Positions 58,851-64,000 of a DNA stretch of 64,000 nucleotides are shown in pieces (position 1 is the first letter of the stretch; each line of letters starts with the position of its first letter). The notes below the pieces were generated by a model, which was given only the letters and a program-made list of their open reading frames with translations, did no database searches and was not told where the DNA came from. Made by a program: the position numbers and the translations under genes. The DNA is from Haplodiscus bocki. Its lineage: Eukaryota. The stretch lies in contig OZ296651.1 in NCBI GenBank assembly GCA_965655095.1, positions 27,404,001 to 27,468,000 of the forward strand. Reading direction: 5' to 3'.

Positions 58851-61259
58851 TAGTTAATTGTGAAGTCTAGAGTTCTACAGTTTTGAACAAATGAGTGCCT
58901 CTGAAAAGAAGCGACCTAATTGCTTGAAGTGTTAATCTTCGGTTTTTTCCTCACACTTGGTGCTTTGGATTTTCTCGCTTGTTGAAAACCCCATCGTTGA
59001 TGTTTTACCTTCATTTTCTCTCCTTCCTAGTTTGCTTTTGGTTTTTAGAAAACAAAGCTGCCATACTAATCAATGTTTTATTCAGTGCTGTAAAGTATGT
59101 CAATTTAACTAGAAAGCCAACCATTTCATCAAAAAGACCTTCATCGTTGACTGGTGCTCGCTTTTGACTTCACTTTATTTTTTTAGTCAATAACTAAATA
59201 TTATTTGGTAATGCAAAATGTTTGTATATAAAATTCATTTCAATATCCTTTACGCAGTTAAATAATCTTCAATGCTTTATTTCTTTCAGGAAAAGTTTTG
59301 TTTTACTGCCATTGACTTGCTTTTGAGCGTTGCATGCAGATTACTAATGATCTTGATCGTATCTTTAATGTTTGAAAACTAGTAAGTATAAACAATGCAT
59401 GATATGCAATAATAATAATATGCAATAATAATATGCAGCATACTTTCCAGCCATGATTTCTTATTTTCGTTGAACATTAAGTAGTGTGAATTTTCACACA
59501 GTGTTGTACGGGGCAATTCAGTCCCAATTTTATACATGGTCTTGTACAAGGCAATCGCAAGCCTTACATAATTAATGCATGGTAATTTTAGAAAATTTGG
59601 CTTGATTCAGGTTTTTATAACTTCAAGAGCTGGAGTCTTTCCACTGCATTTTCCTCAAACGTACCCAAGTAAAAGCGTACTGTCGCCAGCTCAGCATGTA
59701 ATTAGAGGGAGAGCGAGGATAGAATTTTGAAAATTGGAATTACTATTTGGTTCTAGTTTCTCTTTTCGCTTAGAGCGGTGCGTGACTAACGTTCCGTTTG
59801 TTGATTCTGTCAATACAGCGGTTGCGGTGCGACAGTTGTTTTGTTTATTGAAAGTAAGTCCCAGGAGCTTTTATCTCTCTTTTCGTGCCTTGCCGACCGT
59901 GCGAACAAAGTGCGTGAATTCAATGGCAGGGGCTTTTATGAGCGATGAAAGGAAATTAGAAAATGAATATAATCAATTATTCAGTTTATAAAATGGAACC
60001 AAATGTGTTCAAGTGAATAAAAAATGGAACTGCAGAACGATGGGAGATGAGTCATTGAGAGCGATAGGCAAGGGGAAAGAAAAACTACGAACAGCAACAA
60101 TCGAATATTTCACTCTGACAACCACCAGCAGCATTTAAAATTTAATTTCATCAGTTACAAAAATCCTTCTGTATATATTCTCCAACTATCCCCTGTATAT
60201 ATTTATTCCGAATTAATTTGTTGGTTCAGCAGATATTTATCCGAAGTAAAGAACTTATTTAATCTCAGAAATTGGGGACAAAGATGATCGAAATTGGACT
60301 GCTGACATTTTTTTAAAGTAAAAATCTTTATACATTGGCAGCAAATATGAATTATCACAAATCATAAGAAGTCAAAATCTATCCAAAATCTGGACGATAT
60401 AAAAGGATCAGAATTTGGTAAAATTTTGTGAATTCTATAAAGTTTCCAAAAATCATTAAATTCATGTTATAAATCCAAATGCAAAATCATATAAATTGAA
60501 ATGTCCAGGACTCTCAGTGAACTTCTGAGATAGATTAAGATTCGAAAACGAGTTTAACTCCAGATTGCTTTGTTTGGTTTTTTTTTAGTCTAGAGGGAAT
60601 ATTTTGTTATTCGCCTTTTCTGGCGCTGTTGGTTTGGTTTTGTTTAGTTTTTCGTTAATTTTGGATTTTTACATTGATTTAAAATTTTTAATATTTTTTG
60701 TCTATTCTTGTGTGTACACGCCGTAACTGGCTATTCGCCGTCAACGGGTTAGGATGTCTTAGTTTTTTCCCAAATTTCCAAACCGTGAATAAATCTGCTG
60801 ATTTGTTGGCGGTGTTTGGTTTATTTTAAGTTTTACCTAAGACTCAGGTAAAAGCTCGCTTCTAGCGGCAACCTGGTGAGTTTCTCTTAGTCACTTTTCC
60901 TCCAACTGAGATTTTTGTATAGCGGACTTTATGGAAGGGTTTCACAAAACGAATATTAAGATTGACCAGAGGGATATACTCATTCTAGACTAGAAAAATT
61001 TTAACTAACGGATACTGTTGATGGAGTCGGGTGATCTGCGTGTCGGTGTGGGATTCTCCTCTTATAAATCTGACTTGCAAAAGGACTGAATTAGAATTTT
61101 GAAAACAAGAATTGTTTTTAGAATAACTGCAAAAGGGACGGTTTCTGCATATTTAATCCGTATCAAGGAATTCAGAATGAATTCTAAATTACCACGGCAG
61201 CAGACGAGGTGATATTTGATTTATGTAACATCAATTCTCTTTATAGGAACCTCGTGAGG

Positions 61260-61845
61260 GTTGTGCAATTTAAGATTCGCTCTTGCTTCAGAACCGGAGC
61301 TCGTCAGCGGAATCCGCACACGAAGTCAGAAAGAAAAGTTGACTTAGAATATTTTTGCAAATTTGGAGTTGGACTTAGAATTTTTAGTCCAAGAAGAGCA
61401 AAGAGTATTGGGAATTTTGACATAGATTCTTTTTGTCCGAAGAGAACAGGGAAGACTTGGATTTAGAATAATTATGTCCAAGAGAGTAAAAGAGAGAAAG
61501 GGAGTAAAATAAAGCATTTCAGAAGAGGAGTGAGGAGTCCCGTCCGTTAAGCGGGAAGGAAAATTATGATAGAGATGGTTTCGCAGATCGGCTCGAAAAT
61601 AACACCCGGTTGCCATATCATGCAACCAGTAGGAAATCGGCTTGTTCCCAGCATGTTTGCAGCAGGAGTCAGTATGAAAATAGCTCTCGTTAGAATTTTT
61701 TCTGTAAGAATGAATTGTGCATTTTCAAGGGTTTATTTATTCCATCAGCTTTTTTAGTTTTTCTTTAATCTTCATCGCTTCCACCGTCATCACTACAAAG
61801 GTTAGCTTTATTAAATTAACAATTACTTTATTTAATGTTTATGCG
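61260..61845 (+). repeat. ~600-bp direct repeat, copy 1
   Basis: Collinear with 63331-64000; copy 2 has a ~100-bp insertion. Confidence 0.9.
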
Positions 61846-61903
61846 TTATGTGTAACGCGATAACTCACCCCGCTGGAAGGGAAGTGCAAATAATTGAAGG
61901 GCT

Positions 61904-63242
61904 CTATGGACAGGGGCAAAGGAGGTAAGTTTGGGTGTGAGGTCTTTGCCTAGGAGGGTTGGAAAATCTGATCTCTATAAAACTCGCAACATCATTTAGA
62001 GAACCTTCAGCATCACTAAAGAGTTTAGAGTAAGGAAAAAGTTTATGGATGATGATTGTCGAAACTCCTTCTTTTTGTTGAGATTGTGAGTTTCTTGTAG
62101 GCCGGGTCTTGATCAGGCTGAATTGTTTTCGTCCAAGCGTTCAGTTGATCACGGATACCATTGTGGATGAGCTTCGAGAAAGGCCTTTGAGTTAGGTTGT
62201 CGTAGTCACCAGGGAAGAGGGTGAATAAAATTGATGCACACTTGCCAGTAGGGGTCCAATACCATAAGGGTAGAATTCCACGAAAAAGTTGTATCCATGG
62301 GGGTGAGTCCTGAAGATAGGACTACTAAAACTTGTGGCCGGATCAATGAGGAGATTAGATTATGGTCGGGCTACTTTTGCGGAGTCGAATACAAACTTCA
62401 CTGAAGGAATCTTCGAAATGGTAGCATCTGAATTACCAGCTTCAAGTTGGCGGATTTTATCATATATGAAAAAGTACTGAGAGTGAATCCCTGCAGTAAA
62501 AGATGTATAAGTTGCTATTTCATCAGTGAACAGTTTTTCGAGTTTAGAGATTCTTGATGAGAGATTCTGTACCGTAGTTGGGGGTCCATCCCGTCTGGTG
62601 GTTGAAGACTGAAAGTGGACGTTTGTAGAGTTGTTTGGTTTCGCTCTGGGTTGTCCTACAGCGCGCTCCGGGGTAGAACGACGAACTGAAGGTTCAGCAG
62701 TGCCGGGAAGCAGGAGCGCATTTGAAGTAGGGTTAGAGTTAAGGTTAATTGGTGGACTGGTAGCAGAGTTTTTAACAGAAGTATCACTGATGGGAACTGT
62801 TCCAACAAGAGAAAATCAAGTAGCGCAGTAGTGCAAAGTCATTCTGAAGTTGAAAGACAATTCTTTGTAATGCTTTTCGGTCGAGTTGTTCTGCCTTCAA
62901 GTGTTGGTGGAGCTGTTGAATGGTTTTATGAATAGCCTCTAGACATTGCGCCTGATGTTGGAGAGGTGAGGGCAAAAGAGATGAGGATCGAGGAGGTGGT
63001 TGAAGAGTTTCTGCATCAGGCTTACATGGGTTCCTTGGATGGGTAAGAGGGAGGATGAAAAAGCCGTCAGTGATAGGTTGTCGGAGGGGAGGATCAGGAG
63101 ATGGGGTGATCGATGGAGGCAGTCCACAAAATTTTTGAGCAAGAGGGAGACTCATCGCGGTTGAGTTGCAAAGTGAGATAGGTGGGTCGGAGGGAAATTG
63201 ATAGTGAGGGAGGAAGGCTGGTGCAAGAGTGTTGTGCGACAC
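61904..63242 (-). pseudogene. Intronless TRAF-like gene (Pro-rich + coiled-coil + MATH/TRAF-C domain), decayed
   Basis: Manual translation: KIRQLEAGNSDATISKIPSV...FSSPIFRTHPHGYNFFVEFYPYGIGP/TGKCASILFTLFPGDYDNLTQRPFSK.IH.GIRDQL...FIEIRF matches the TRAF MATH consensus (IWKI, SP.FY....GY, G.G...G..S, G..D.LL.WPF, LLDQ). In-frame TAA at ~62361 and frameshifts at ~62252 and ~62810. Confidence 0.8.
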
Positions 63243-63330
63243 CAGAGGGAATCCTCACACAATATTACCGAAGCTAGCAGTAGTGGACACTGTATAGACT
63301 CCAGCGGCAAGAGTACAGAATGAGTAAGAA

Positions 63331-64000
63331 GTTGTGCAATTTAAGATTCACTCTTGTTTCAGAACTGAAGTTCGTCCACGGAATCAGCACACGCCAATAC
63401 CGAAGCTGGCGTTAGTGGACACTGTTCTGACTCCAGTGGCAAGAGTATGGAATCTGTGAGCGAAAAGAGGGAATTTTTTCTATGTCAGAAAGGAAAGTTG
63501 ACTTGAAATGTTTTTGCAAGTTTAGAGTTGGAATTAGAATTTTTAGTCCAAGAAGAGCAGAGAGAATAGGGAATTTTGACATAGATTCATTTTGTCCGAA
63601 GAGAAGAGGGAAGACTTGGACTTAGAATAATTATGACCAAGAGAGTAAAAGAGAGACAGGGAGTAAAATAAAGCAAATCAGAAGAGCAGTGAGGAGTCCC
63701 GTCCATTAAGCGGGAAGGAAAATTATGATCGAGTTGGTTCCGCAGATCGGCTCGAAAATAACAACCTGCTGCCATATCATGCAACCAATAGGAAATCGGC
63801 ATGTACGAAGCATGTTTGCAGCAGGTGTCAGAATGAAAACAGCTTTCGTTAGATTTTTTTTGTAAAAATGAATTGTGCATTTTCAACGGTTTATTTATTC
63901 CATCAGCTTTTTCACTTTTTTTCAATTTTCATCTCTTCTACCGTAATCACTACAAAGGTTAGCTTTATTAAATTAACAATTACTTTATTTAATGTTTAAG
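63331..64000 (+). repeat. ~600-bp direct repeat, copy 2 (runs to the window edge)
   Basis: Collinear with 61260-61845. Confidence 0.9.

Noticed and set aside
61680-61755. Hammerhead ribozyme / Penelope pseudo-LTR in the direct repeats
   Set aside because: The core reads CTGATGG rather than CTGATGA, helices are not evident, and no Penelope RT or GIY-YIG is visible.
1-64000. Most short ORFs in the six-frame track (e.g. 9105-9485, 11674-12114, 19503-19832, 24216-24533)
   Set aside because: Antisense shadows of real genes or chance ORFs in AT-rich repeats, many with non-ATG starts.

Overview
AT-rich eukaryotic DNA, probably from an invertebrate animal (spliceosomal introns, LINEs, MITEs); the species cannot be determined from sequence alone. 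The centrepiece is a young, full-length 15.7-kb env-bearing Ty3/Gypsy (errantivirus-like) provirus at 17745-33488. It has 492-bp LTRs differing at only 4 positions, a CTTTT target-site duplication, a tRNA-Leu-like PBS and a PPT. It encodes gag, -1 frameshifted pro-pol, and an env whose signal peptide is predicted to be spliced on from the 5' leader. Its cargo is unusual: (i) a TARG1/OARD1-type ADP-ribosyl-hydrolase macrodomain fused to the end of integrase; (ii) three tandem, divergent ~100-aa paralogues of unknown function, two with TATA/Inr-like promoter motifs; (iii) an antisense JmjC 2OG-Fe(II) oxygenase; (iv) a possible small Cys-rich membrane protein. Together these suggest a retroelement with a counter-defence/anti-silencing toolkit (inference). 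Host genes are RSL24D1/RLP24, two tandem C2H2 zinc-finger paralogues and a 4-exon phosphatidylserine synthase (PTDSS2-like). The window also holds nested LINE relics, a pogo/Tc2-like MITE, a foldback element, ~170-bp degenerate tandem arrays and a decayed TRAF-like gene between ~600-bp direct repeats.
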